A stretch of 63,164 nucleotides of DNA, counting the filler, from Catajapyx aquilonaris (Eukaryota): assembly GCA_000934665.2 (NCBI GenBank). It is 4 parts of 4 records of this genome, joined end to end, with 100 filler letters (N's around TTAATTAATTAA, not from the genome) between each part and the next. Parts side by side here need not be neighbours in the genome. Positions count along the whole stretch, not along the records: positions 31,622 to 47,332 come from JYFJ02007418.1; positions 47,433 to 63,164 come from JYFJ02007419.1; 2 more parts are not named here. One strand, given 5' to 3'. Numbering within the stretch: the stretch's first letter is position 1; each line of letters opens with the position of its first letter. Both the position numbers and the translations under genes were made by a program. Positions 39,610 to 52,146 of the stretch are shown in pieces. A model generated the notes under the pieces. It searched no databases and was not told the origin of the DNA. It saw nothing but the letters and a program-made list of their open reading frames with translations.

Positions 39610-41345
39610 CTTCCCGCGGGGAAGATCCGCACGCGAATAGCAAACGGTGGAAAAAAAGCTATGTTTGTAGTGGCAGCCCTGACGATGACGTATTCCAACC
39701 GGTTTGACAGCCTTATTATTTTTTTTACAATCATTATTTTCAATGAAAGAATGTTGCGAGCATTTGCATGGAACGTAACATATCTGACCGCATCCGGGTC
39801 GTTGGCTCCGTGACTTATTATTGGATGGATCAACAAATAGGCTGCGGTTTTTAAGAGCTGCTATTGCGCCAACCACCTGCTGAGGGTGCAATTTCTGTCA
39901 TGTTCTGTACAGATTGAGAATATCGGATATTAGAGCGCAAATGGGTCAAGAGTGGCCTTCCAAGCAAGATGTGACGATTAAAAACAACAATGACATTACA
40001 TTGGCTCTTTCCGCACAAATGCTTTCCATTCGGTAACCGTCACCTATTCAAATGTCAGCTCATGAACCATGACCACTACTACAGCGTGCTATTCATGAAA
40101 GGGTGGTACACTTCACAAGTCCACACTCAACAAAGTCAGAGGAAATAAATTGTGGATTGCATCCACCAGCAATGGGTTTGAAAACAACATGTTGTGAAGA
40201 TGACTGTTCATACAAAAATGCGCCTTGAAGCAAATCCCCACAGGCTTGTCATGGAATAACCAATAACAATTAGTTACTACTGATTACATAAAATGGAAAG
40301 AACAGTATGTTCACACAACCAAAGTTCATTGCACAACCAAAGTTTATTGTGTTCATAACAAAACCACAGTAACAACCATTTATCACATCTGAATGTAATC
40401 TCTCAGCTCTTTATGTCAGGATGTACGGCCAGGCAGTCACATTTGCCGACCTGCCAATGATGCACAGCAGGGCAAACCATCCTCACCCACATGGCTCATA
40501 TTGCCACCACAATGCTGCAATATTATAATAATATAACAAATAAATTAAACTGTAAAAACATTAAACCAACCTCACAAGTCTATTTGTACTTATTTGTGGA
40601 AGTTTATTGAGAGAGAGAGAGAGGTCACCTTGACACAACACTAAAAATACTAAAAACATTAAAAACACCTTTTAAAAACCGATACCTTTGCCCATGGGTA
40701 TAACGTAGGACGAATTCCAGCAGTTGCCGTAGATTGGATAGGCAGTCGAGAGAATGGCTCTGCCCATCACTGCTGTCCAGGAGGGTGATCCATGCTCACT
40801 TAGGGCGTATTTCAGAATTTAGACAGTTGCAATGACCTTTGAGACAATTCAATGCTGTACTACAACATTAGGCCCATGCTTGTGACACAGCGGGAGAACA
40901 ATAAGTTTTTCGTAAGATGAGCACAAGTTTCCATATAGCACCATTAAAAATGAGTGGAAACCGGTTAAGTATACAGTATATTCCTGGCGTTGGCTCCATA
41001 CTGCATTAATGCAATAGAAATTAAATGCTAAAAGAAGAAACATATGATGAAGGCAGAGTGACACTTTCCTGGAAGGAGGAAAGCCCATATGAAGACCTCG
41101 GGGGAAGAATGATCAAGGTCCACTTTTTGTCAAAAATGAGTTACACATCCCAGACGATACATTCACTAGTGTAGAATATGATGGTTTGGTCGTGGTTCTG
41201 GAGTTATGGTCACAGGTCACAATGGAAGGCCCCGAAAGTGGGATTTACAATGGAGCCTTATGGGCCTTTGAAATTTAAAATTGAATTATCTCAGATTCAC
41301 CTGAAGTGGACCTTGATCGTTTTTTTCTCCCGAGGTCTTTGCATG

Positions 41346-41803
41346 CAGGGTGAAGGGAAACTGGCGCCCAATCGCCAGGTAAACTGATAGTACTTGCAAA
41401 ACTAATACAGTGATGTGCAATTAGTTTTGGGCACCGGTGCACAGTTAATGCGTATGGCACCCTTAAAGTGTCGAGGGCCAGATGGTAAAATATGAGGTAA
41501 AAACGACAAAGTGCACAGGTGTCACACCTGTATTACTACTCTGATGGGATCTAATCGCCTATTGCACATAGACGATGCTTTACGGTACCAAGACCGGATT
41601 ATTCGGAGGCCATCATGCTGGCTTTTCCGTCTTTTAAACTGGTGAAAAGGATATGACGTCACCAAACTTGAAATTGTTTAAAGGCAGTGTACGCATTAAC
41701 TACGCTACGGCGCCCAAAACTACATTAATTGCACCTACCTATATTAGTTTTGTGAGTACAATCAGTCTACCTGGCAATTGGTCACGAGTTTCCCTTCACC
41801 CTG
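41346..41803. mobile_element. Tc1/mariner-type MITE
   Basis: CAGGGTGAAGGGAAAC...GTTTCCCTTCACCCTG|TA. Confidence 0.75.
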
Positions 41804-42100
41804 TATTATGTGTGTCATCACCTTTACACTACAAAAATTTAACACTATTGTTCACAGTGGAATTATTGTCAGATGGGAACATTTTAGTCTACCCTGTACT
41901 ACAAAGTGTTTGATTTGCCAGTCTGCACCACACTATATAGGCTATGTCAACGATTAAAGTGACAAATCTACTCTTACGTATTTTACTTAACACATGCATG
42001 TGCAGATGGCAAGACAAGAAAAACAGCTTTGTTTCAGCCATTTGGAGTTTACTAACAGAACTTTTTATTCCCTCAAGACTGCAGAAATTTTCCTCATTGC

Positions 42101-43512
42101 CTAATCAACAGCAAGTGGTGGGTCCAGGCATCGGTCCCAGTCAGGCCAGTAGCGCTCCTTGATCCGCTCGCAGTAGTCCTTCAGGTTATGTGCACTTCCT
42201 GTTGTCACCAGCTCTTCATACACGGATCCTGGAGCATTCCACACCACCTGAGCCAGCATCCCAAATACTGAGCAGTCTGCTTCACAAGGCATCTCTCCAA
42301 GCAGGTACCTGTCACATCCAGAACAGAATTACGTGACAATCTTATTATGGTGCAAATCATTTACATTATGATTTTGTCAATAAATGTCCGCCTGATTGCG
42401 GTTCGTGGTACGGTCACCTGTTATTCCCCAGGAATGCAGAAATGTCCATCAGGTCTCGAATCATGGCCGCCTCAATGTCCTGCCTGCGGTGTCTCCCCAG
42501 CCCCTGCCAGTAGGAGGCCTTAGCGGCACGACGAGGGGCAAACACCCGAAGCATCAGCCACAAACCAGGACTCATTTTCTGGATCTCAGACAAGCCCCTG
42601 GTCTTGGTATGGACGTAGCGCCACATCAGGAGGCCCCTGGAATGAATTACATTCGAGTTACCCAAGTTCACTGCAATGTTAAGCCGAGCATTTACCAGTA
42701 GAAGTGCTCCTCCATCATGACCTGCATGGCCCTGACCACAGCCATCTTCTCAGGGGAAGATGAGGTCATCTTCCTGTTGTAAATGAACCCCAGCTTCTTG
42801 ATGCAAATCTCTGAATCGCCAACCTCCTCCCCCCGAACAGTGACCCACGGTGTCTTCCCCTTTGGCCCCTTTGGCTCAAGCGTGTCCACCTCGTACGGAA
42901 TGGCCGTCATGCGCATGTACGTCTCCACCTTCAGCGCGAACGGGGAGATGTTGGGGGTGCGCTTCCCCCGAGGGATCTGGTGCAGGATCACGGTCTCTTC
43001 GGACTTACGGTCCCACTCCAACCTGCACAGCCAGAATTAATGGTTCACTTACAGCGTCTTGCGTCGCATGTCGATACTCACTTTCTCTGCCAGGCCTGCA
43101 CCCTCTTCCAGAGCCTCCAGGCCACACCGACCAGGGCCAGACCAAATATGTACTTCCCGTAAGTGCCCACAAAAGCCTTGGAAGATGCTGGCATCAGCTG
43201 GGTGAACTCTGACACCTTTGCTGGTACGACTACCCTGGACATGATACCACCACTACCGCTTCCTCCTCCTCCTCCTCCTCCGCCGCCGCCGCCGCCTCCA
43301 CCGCCGCCTCCCTTGGGCACAGTCGAGGCGATGCTGCCGCCGATGCTGCTGCCGATGCTGCTGCTTCCAGACCCAGACAGAGAACCGGAGGGAACCGAGG
43401 GCGCGGCCCCGGGCGGCGGGATTACCGGAGGGACCTTGACCCCAGGAGGGATGGGCTGGTCGCACCAAGAGCATCGGGGCAGCGGGGCCGCAGACAGGCT
43501 GGGCAGCATCAT
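42101..43512 (-). CDS. fax: Failed axon connections homolog (FAXC; metaxin/GST-like), 4 exons
   Basis: Exons 43082-43512 (alternative ATG at 43242), 42696-43022, 42418-42636, 42101-42308, all phase-compatible. VILHQ..PNISPFALKVETYMRM..IPYE..GPKGKTPW..DSE..MEEHFYW..YLLGE.PCEADCSVFGMLAQ..YCERIKERYWPDWD. AATAAA at ~42064. Confidence 0.92.
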
Positions 43513-43865
43513 CCTCGTTTGTGGTTCGCCCCCGGGGGGCCAAGCAGGCCGAATTAGAAACCACAAGTTGCTCAGAAAGAAAGGGAGAGAGGAGCTGCAC
43601 TGGAATATTCGAAGGAGAAGAAGAAGAATCGAATGTTAGGCGGCCGCCATCTTCATCCAGTGGAGCCAACAGCGAAAGGCGCAGCGTTCCCAACAGAATT
43701 CGAACCATTCGATGATGGCGGGATAAATAAGCTGGGGATTATTATTGATAAGTAACTTTAGTGGTCCACCCCCCTCCCTTAGGTCTGGTTGAGATAGCGG
43801 TACATGTACTTCAGGACAGAGAAAATAAGACTATTATGACCCTGTGGCCTAAACACTGCTGTTTC

Positions 43866-46800
43866 TCAGGCGAACATAAGTAGGCCGCTTATTATTATTG
43901 CGAGTACAAACAGGGCTGGAAACATGGATCTGTCCTTATGTTGCGATGTGCTGTGGCCGTACTGTGGGTACCGATGTGGACTGCCTGATGGTGATGAGTA
44001 GTACACGGCCTGAAGGTGTGACAATGTGCCAAACGTGTGCTTCCCGTTCAGCAGGCCCCAACCACTGGAGCCAACTCCTCCTAGGTGCATCTCATCTGAA
44101 GTTGTGTATAGGCCACAGTTGTACAGTACGTGACAATAACGAATTTGAGGGCATTAAAAACTCCAGTACTTGTCGCATGTGTAGGGTACGTACCTGTGAT
44201 GTCCACCAAAATATTACTGATGCATTGATGAGCGCTGTTCAGTGCTTGAAGCAAATTACCCAATTTTACCATAGACTTTGTAAGCCCATACATCACCAAG
44301 GGGTTTGGGTCGCTGTAACAGGAGTAACAGCCCCGAATTATGTCATGTCAGGAAGCGTATACAGAGCACATATTTTCCGCTTATTATTACAATTATGCCT
44401 AAGCTATAGGTTTACCATGTCTTGATGGTTCTGGACGCATCAAAGAAGCTGGCCACTGTCACTATGGGTAGCACTGGACCCATGATGGGACCCTCGGTCA
44501 TCAGAGGGTCGTCTTCAGGCACGTTGGCAACAATGGTGGGTGACACCCACCTGTCAGAGGCGTCCAGGTCACCTCCGACCACCACCTGACCCTTGGTGCG
44601 CTCAAGAAGACTCTTCAGGCGCCTGTGTGAAGACCAAATAATTCAGAGAAGAATCTCATTAGACCTATAACTTAGGCGATAGGCGATGGAGGTGTCGTGA
44701 CATGTATCCGCCACATATAGAGACCAGCACAAGTGCATACCGACCTGAAGTGCTCGTCTGAATGAATCCTTCCCAAATGCGACGATTGATGCTTCCGATC
44801 CTGTCCGAACCACTCGTTGAGTATGTCCTGTGCGCAACGGATGACGTCACTCTGAACGGACGAATCACACAGCAGATAGTCCGGAGAGAGGCAGGATTGG
44901 CCCATCCCCACGCATTTGGAATGCAGGAGGTCGCGCGTCGTCGCTCTGCAATCTACCGTTGAATCCAGGTATGCCGGACTGCAAAGAGCCGATTAGCAAA
45001 CAGATCGTGGTCGAGACGCATCTACATGGTCACTCTATCTAAATGTTTGCCTGATTGGCTTATTTTGATAAAGTGACAATCCTCACATTTTGGAGTGTAT
45101 TAGAAACGTGGTTGGAGTCATGTGCGTTGCGCACGCTGCGTAGACTTCTTGTCCAATCTTCATCGGCCCCTGGTACAGGATGTGGTCGAACTTCAGCTGC
45201 ATCAGTTCGTGCAGAACTTCCGGACCACCCGGTAGCAGCTGGTACGCCTCCTGCGGAAACAACGCGTGACATCGCCACTACTATATTTACTTTCCTTCCA
45301 GCAAAAAGCACCAATCACACCTCGTCCAGATATTTGGTCATCAACTCAGCCACCATCTGACTTGTGATTGGTGCGATTCCGGATGGGTGGACGAAAGCGC
45401 AATTCCCAGCTGCGATGGCTGCTGCTAATGGCAACAATGCCAGATGAAAAGGGTGGCATCCGGCTGACACCAGCAGAACCATTCCCAAAGGCACGGGTCG
45501 GATGGTGTCCCGGTTCCAAGGGTTGAACATGCTCTTGTACACCTGTCCAATCAATACTACTAATCGGCTATGTCTGTTTTTCTGTTAGCCCTGGGTGAGT
45601 CCACGTAGTACCACTACCGCTCGCACGACCCTGACAGTGGCAGCAGCCACAGCACTGTGCAGAGAGGATGTGCCCCGTGTGTGAGGGAAAGTGGTACTAA
45701 TAAGCGACGGTGGTGGCTGAGTTGAGGTGATGACTCACCCTGGACAAACAAAGATACTGACTACAGTATATAAGTTGTGCCAAGTTTTGGCAACAGCTTT
45801 TATAGTAGAGCTACTCATATATACGAGTAGCTCTACTAAAAGCTGTTGCCAAATATGTAATGCAACTGCAGAGGATTCTTTCAGTTTAACAACATTGTCA
45901 GCACCTTTTGATGACATTTATTCTATGGGACATCTACAGCAGTAGAACGTAGGCATTACCGTAACTTACATGTTGTTCTGCACTCCATTTGTGCAAATTC
46001 TGCAAACAGTACTTAGCGTTCTGTAGCAGGTGAGCCACATTGCAGTCAGCTTCAGACCTCAGCTGTGGAAATAGATCAACATGAAACTATAATTGGTACA
46101 ATTGGGCCAATATGTAACGAACAGTATTGTATGTATTGTAGACATGCTCACAGCCTTGAGTTCCTGCACCAGGCTGTCCACGATGGCCTCTCTGTTCTCT
46201 TGATACATTAGGACCAATCCCTGAAGCTGCTCCTCTCGCAAATTCACATTTACATAATACTTGTTGGAACGGGCCCGTCTCCTCACACTCTCCACGAGCT
46301 GAAAATAATAACATGTGGCCCACACTTGATGTAATAAAAGAAAAAAAATCATGTAAAGATGACGATCTAAAAATGTGGCATTGGGGTAAAGAGCCAGTTG
46401 CATTACTCTGTATTTTCCCGTTGTTTATGCATTGTGATAATTAAGGAAATTCGACGTGCGAAAATATATTGCATGTCATCACGAACACCAAAGGTGTTAT
46501 CATGCAACAGAAAAAGGTTGCGACTTATTTTTTTCTTGTCCATGGAAATTCATCGTCATATTCGCGTTCCTATCCTGTGGCAAAAAACCAAAATTCTAAA
46601 ATGTAGCAATTTTGTTCAAGCGGGCCTAAATGTTGCTAAACCATCTCGGATTTTTCTGAAAATAATCACAGCTGTACACACATGACGTAACACTGCATAT
46701 CAAGTTTGAGCCAAATTGCGAAATACCTTGGGGAGGGAAAAAAATCGCGAAATTTTGAAAATGGGGCAATTTTAGAGAATTTTTTAATATGCAAATTCTT

Positions 46801-47249
46801 TATAACATTCAGAATAATGGGGGCAGCTCCTCAGTGCAATATATTGTTCTGAAGGCAGCTCTCTCATTAATGTCAGGATAAAACTTCCTCCAGCAATATT
46901 ATGGCTGTGAAGGTGGCAATATTCCTGTCATTCCAAATTCAAAATATTTTATGTACAAGTTTCCTACGTAATTTTGTTGAACGTTACACTTCTTTTCGTG
47001 CATACTCATTGCTGCTTTTTTTTCCATAACAGAGAGTGTAAGACATGAAGGTCAAGAATAATTAGGAAGTAATGGGCAGAAAAAAAGACATTGGCCTTGA
47101 TACCCCTATACCCTTGCCCATGATACCTTTTTATATACTCTTTTTATATATACAGAATCTACTTTACTGCATACGACAGGCTCAAGCAAAATATTACTAT
47201 TTAGCACTAGCTTCAAAATAAGTGCTGAACATACCTGACTTATCTGCAT
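43866..47249 (-). CDS. Class-3 (fatty) aldehyde dehydrogenase-like protein, 9 exons, 476 aa, C-terminal membrane anchor, active-site substitutions
   Basis: Exons 47235-47249, 46152-46298, 45970-46062, 45321-45542, 45087-45250, 44745-44978, 44416-44622, 44194-44312, 43866-44095, total 1431 nt with no internal stop. PLG.VL..AIAAGNC, FDHI.Y, GQSCLSPDYLLC, GPVLPIV, GGVGSSG.G..GK.TF..SH, hydrophobic tail. The first micro-exon (MQISQ) is the least certain. Confidence 0.88.
45588..45743. mobile_element. Small MITE in an ALDH-like intron
   Basis: CCTGGGTGAGTC ... GACTCACCCTGG inverted ends. Confidence 0.5.
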
Positions 47250-47332
47250 GGTTGAGCCCGTGATGTTGGAACACTCGCAAATGCAGGCAAGTTATAAACT
47301 GGCTGGCGTTCCTGGTTGCCACTTAAACAAAA

Positions 47333-47432
47333 NNNNNNNNNNNNNNNNNNNNNNNNNNNNNNNNNNNNNNNNNNNNTTAATTAATTAANNNNNNNNNNNN
47401 NNNNNNNNNNNNNNNNNNNNNNNNNNNNNNNN
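47333..47432. other. Artificial contig linker
   Basis: N44-TTAATTAATTAA-N44. Confidence 0.97.
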
Positions 47433-47697
47433 CTGTACCTAACCAAGCTTTGAACCGCTCCTAACCCGCTCCTGAACCCGCTCCGGAACCCGATCCTGAA
47501 CCGGGTTCAACTCCGGAGCCGTTCGCGCCCTGTTCGCGCTCCGAACCCGCTCCGACCTTCGCTCCACTCTTCCCCTGAACCGGCTTGAACCCGTACCCCG
47601 TTCCGGCGCTCGCTCCAGACTCCGACTCTACTGCTCTGGAGCGGGTTCGATGTTATCGGGTTCACGGAGCAAGGGTTCTGTTCGGTTCACAACCCTG
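47433..47697. mobile_element. DNA transposon end (hAT-like) with subterminal GAACCCGCTCC repeats
   Basis: Clustered GAACCCG/CTCCG motifs ending GGTTCACAACCCTG. Confidence 0.55.
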
Positions 47698-48072
47698 CTA
47701 CATAGGTCTGCTGTGCTGTACCAGGGTATCCGCCAGAGATAATTTAAAAGTGGATGGATGAAATCAACAGATGTAACTTCCCCACATATCTTATAAATGT
47801 ATGTGGATTCCTTCTAGGCTTTTCTAGGGGTTGGTGCAACAAATACACCATTCATTTTCCATGCAGAGTGAACTTGGTATTTATTTCCATAATTAAGTTG
47901 TGCTTTGAACACAAACAAGATATGAGGCAATTGAACCATAATCCACAATGCAAACTTAAATTACCAACATTGATGAACACGCAGTGCATGGTTAATTGTG
48001 TGGGTCTTACCTCTCAGGGATCCTTACAGTTATAGATTGGCCAGCTAGATTTTCAATGGGGGTGCCATGTCA

Positions 48073-49000
48073 TCAGGTTGTGTAAATGACATATTTGAAA
48101 CTGAAATAAGTGTTCATACTCTGTACATGATGTAAATAATCCATCAGACACTCAATATCAAACCCCTTGCATGTGCTATCATCCGGCCAATCACCATCAC
48201 CGTCATCCCCCTTGATGGCCACTACACTGCTACTTCCCTCAGATTTGTCACGGCAGATTTTCAGAGAACCTTCACTTTCCCAATCAAGAAACTCGTCAGC
48301 ATCGCTAGTTTCGGGCGTGTTATCCAACTCTTCTTTGCGTCAGTTTGATGATGTACTTTGATCCTCTGGAGTTGGAGGCAGGGGAGAGATGAGTGATGGC
48401 ACACTGCATAGGCTTGGCAACTCGGAAATTTCTGACACCTCAGGTGACTCCATTGCCAGAATCGGCATGGACATCTTACTGCCACATGGTGATTGCTGGC
48501 TTAATCCTGCAGGCAAATATGGTAATAAAAACAACTCAATCATCACCAACTGCAATAATGCTAACAACAATATCGTATTACCTCACTTGGATTGGTCACA
48601 GTTTCCCTGTGCAACGGATGAACTTGCATATTTCTCAACCCTGTACTCGCACATTTTTCACCGTAACATAATAATAATAATAATTCATACCCCGTTATGA
48701 GCCATCGGCTCTTTAGGGGGAAAGTTTGTTTTGGCTGGAACTCATTGCTTTCATTTTACTGCGCTCTTTGGGATAGGATAGGGACGGAAGGAAGCGGCTG
48801 TGGCCTATTAATTACGGAAGCAACTCCGGAATTTCCCTGGAAGGACCGTGGGAAACCGCAGAAAACCAAGGTCAGAGTTGCCAGCCCCGGGATTCGAACT
48901 CAGGACCTCCCGATTAGCAGTCGGACGCCTTATCCACTATGCCAACCTGCTTAGGTTTTTTCACCGTAACATTATTTTAGTACTGTACGAGATGCATTCT
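48073..49000 (-). pseudogene. Partial duplicate of the orphan-gene 3' region
   Basis: ~48340-48670 plus 48957-49000 matches ~55963-56325, and ~48135-48300 matches ~55070-55231. Upstream exons are absent. Confidence 0.7.
48670..48956 (-). mobile_element. tRNA(Ser)-derived SINE with 16-bp target site duplication
   Basis: TTTTTCACCGTAACAT at 48654-48669 and 48957-48972; empty site in the paralog at ~56282; (TTA)n tail. Confidence 0.92.
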
Positions 49001-49294
49001 GTCGAACCAACGCAGGTACGGGTTCGAACATAAGTTAGGTAGAGGTATTTGCGTCGGATGTCAGCGGGAATAAATAATTCTTAGGGAATGATTTCAATTA
49101 GCCTATTTAATGCAGCCACGTAGGCTCTTTGTTATATCAGAACATTACAGTACACTATTGCACACTTAATAAGCTTCATCCATAATTCACAAGTCCAATA
49201 ATACTTCTTTTCCACATATTTTTACATCAACAACAACTTCTACAATTCTGCTTATTTTCTACAATACATAATGGAATGACTACATTTACTCCTG

Positions 49295-49544
49295 CATCCG
49301 TATACCGTAATCATGCTTTTTAGGGGATCATCTTTTTAATTAACCGACTTTAATCATTGCCTTTTCTGTGATGGATTTCGATAGTGGGAGGAAACGGGAG
49401 AGCCCCGAGAAAACCCAAGCGAACACGGAGAGAACCCATCGAAACTCTATCCACATAAGTATCCTCTCTCCGATCCGGGGATCGAACTCGGGACCTTAGA
49501 GGTGGAAGGCTGCGGCGCTAACCACTCCGCCACCGTGTCGCCCC
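49295..49544 (-). mobile_element. V-domain SINE, second copy
   Basis: Reverse complement of the 16852-17112 element. Confidence 0.85.
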
Positions 49545-50287
49545 TGGGATGGGAGATGTCGACCAAACAAGTGGAGGCAGAGAAGGTCCGTGGGCCCGGG
49601 TCCTGGAGTGAGAGATTCATTCCTTCATATAGTAGCCTATAGTGGCGCACTGCAAGATGGGAGGAGTCACCTGACCAGGTGTACAGAGGTTGGTAAGAAA
49701 ACCGTGAAGGCCAATGGGAGATGACAAGTTGCACAAGATGCAGAAAAAAGAAAACGGCCTCGAAACCAAAGAGATGGGTACATCAAATGCGGTAATGTAA
49801 TGCAGTATCACAATGTAGTAAAATGCAGGCAGTTATACATAGCAAAATCTGGTACTGTCACACAGCCGTATTTCTAATTGTTTTATAAAACCGACCCGGG
49901 TTGTCGCCACCTACGATTTTTCCCCACCCCCTCGCGCGCACTTGACCAGTGACTCTAATACACCCTGTAGAACCCGTAAGGGTCATCACGGGGTACAACA
50001 ACAACAACAAAACAATGTTGAGGAAAAAGAGCATAAAGAACAGTCCTGGCTGACTGAAGCATTGCCCCTTCTTCCGCAGCTCCCCACACCTGGTCCACGA
50101 TCCCGTAGGGCAGTGCTTCCCAATCTTTTTCTTTGGCGATTCCAGAAAATCATGTCGTAAAGATTGTCACCCCCCCAGATGTGCACATTTTGATCTCCCA
50201 ACATGAAAAGTGACGTGAAAACCATTGATAATTATGGTAGAGTATGTGAATTGTTATGTATCTTACCTTTTGGGCATAATTTTCAAG

Positions 50288-50588
50288 AGAGATGGAATCA
50301 TTTTGTGAAAATAATCTGTTACCATCCCTCATGACCCCAAATCTCAAGTTTCCACACTTTGGGAAGCACTGCAGCAGGGAACCAGTAGAACTTCTGATGA
50401 ACTATTTCGAGATTGAGCAAAAGGAAGCTTTTAGGATCTATCTGTACCTGGTGACCATTACGCCTGATGATGAGGAGCCTATATTTCACAAAGGCTTCAT
50501 TTGTTCCATGCATGCAGCCATTGAAGAGAGGCTGAGAAAGTACTTTTTTGATGGGCCAGTGTTTTATTCACCAACGAAGGTAGAAGAA
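50288..50588 (+). pseudogene. Divergent Argonaute/Piwi N-domain exon
   Basis: G...PVELLMNYFEI....IYLYLVTITPD....FFDGPVFYSP resembles the Ago N pattern (L.tNyF; iyhYdV.i.Pd; fDG..ly). AG and GT boundaries present. No PAZ or PIWI exon recognised downstream. Confidence 0.6.
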
Positions 50589-50661
50589 GTCAGTAATGAG
50601 CCCACAAAATTTATAACCACACAGTTATCTCATTTTAATATTCTTCCGGAGCCCATCATGA

Positions 50662-50849
50662 AGGTGCGTTTACATGTGAGCGATTTGACGAGCAAAGGCT
50701 TTGCTGAGTAACCCGAGTAACCAATATTGTATGAGGTGAAAGTAACAATCGATTTTCACCTCAAACAGTACTGGTTACACGGGTTACTCAGCGATGCACC
50801 GCTCGGCGCTGACATTGACCGATCAAATAGCTGACGTGTAAACACAGCT
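50662..50849. mobile_element. PIF/Harbinger-type MITE
   Basis: TGA|AGGTGCGTTTACA...TGTAAACACAGCT|TGA: 3-bp target site duplication and an internal hairpin. Confidence 0.8.
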
Positions 50850-50963
50850 TGATTCACTCCCTGCCGGAGGGACAGTCTTGTTATTATGACTGTCAAGCAA
50901 GGTCGTTGATCCACCAATACCCTTTCCCAGGTCCCGACTCATAATATTCAAGTTTCTACCTAT

Positions 50964-52146
50964 GAGACATTCCACGTCAAGCGGGCCACCTTTCCGACAA
51001 ATCTTCGAGGACCTTGACCAAAATTTAGTGACATCTTGGTGACATGTACTACCATTTACTCTTGGTACTACTCATCGACCTATGCAGGAAGCCAAATTAT
51101 TATACCTCTGCGTTGCGAAGTTGCGTAACTACAGGGTGCGGAATCTACCAATTTATACGGATTTTTGCTTCACATGCAGTCACTTGGATTACCATAACTC
51201 CTAGAGGAGGATAAGTACAAATCCCAAACTTGATGTGTGCCTTGGATACCTATTTTAACGCTCTATGAGATGGCCACACTGATGATTATGGAAATCGAGA
51301 ATTTTGCATCAAAAATTTGCGCTCCAATTTAAACAATATTATTCCATTCGCATTTCATAACTGAGCCCCCAATGTACTGCATATTGGCCTCAAGATAAAA
51401 ATAGAGATTCATGCAGGTTATCATTGCACTGTGCCTACATACATGCCCAGAACAATTATTCTGCAGATGTACACTGCCACTAATGAACATGAATGGTTGT
51501 ACTGCATGTACAGCAGGAACGAGGGATATACCCGGACAGGCGGGAGGGCTGGTCCAAGCTCATGCACACGGATTGCATTTCGCACATTTCAAGTTTGGGA
51601 TTTGTACTTATCCTTTTGGAGTTATGGTAATCCAAGTGACAGCATGAGAAGCAAAAATCCGTACACGGGTTGCGTTTCGGCTTCTAGCGAGTGAAAGACC
51701 AAATTAGTCCTCGGAGAGTTTTCACAAATATCGGCCAGACATGTCCAGCTTCATTTTAAGGGCCATTCAAAAAATCTTAAAATGGTCCCAAGTTTGAGAT
51801 AAATTAAAATCAAAATTGGAGCGCCAAATTTTGACTTTAAATTTTTGATTCTCGTAATCGTATGTATGGCCATCCCATAGAGCGTTCAAATAGGTATCCA
51901 ACGCACACATCAAGTTTCGGATTTGTACTTAACCTCTAATAGTTATGGTAATCCAAGTGACTGCATGTGAAGCAAAAATCCGTATAAATTGGTAGATTCC
52001 GCACCCTGTAGTTACGCAACCTCGCAACGCAGAGGTATAATAATTTGGCTTCCTGCATAAGTCGATGTGTAGTACATGTCAATAAATTTTGGTAAATGTC
52101 CTCAAAGATTTGTCGGAAAGGTGGCCCGCTTGACGTGGAATGCCTC
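50964..52146. mobile_element. Sola2-like non-autonomous element
   Basis: CTAT|GAGACATTCCACGTC...GACGTGGAATGCCTC|CTAT: GAG/CTC termini, 4-bp target site duplication, inverted arms of several hundred bp. Confidence 0.82.

Noticed and set aside
43163..43639. Plus-strand poly-Pro ORF (formin-like look)
   Set aside because: Antisense shadow of the Gly-rich FAXC exon.
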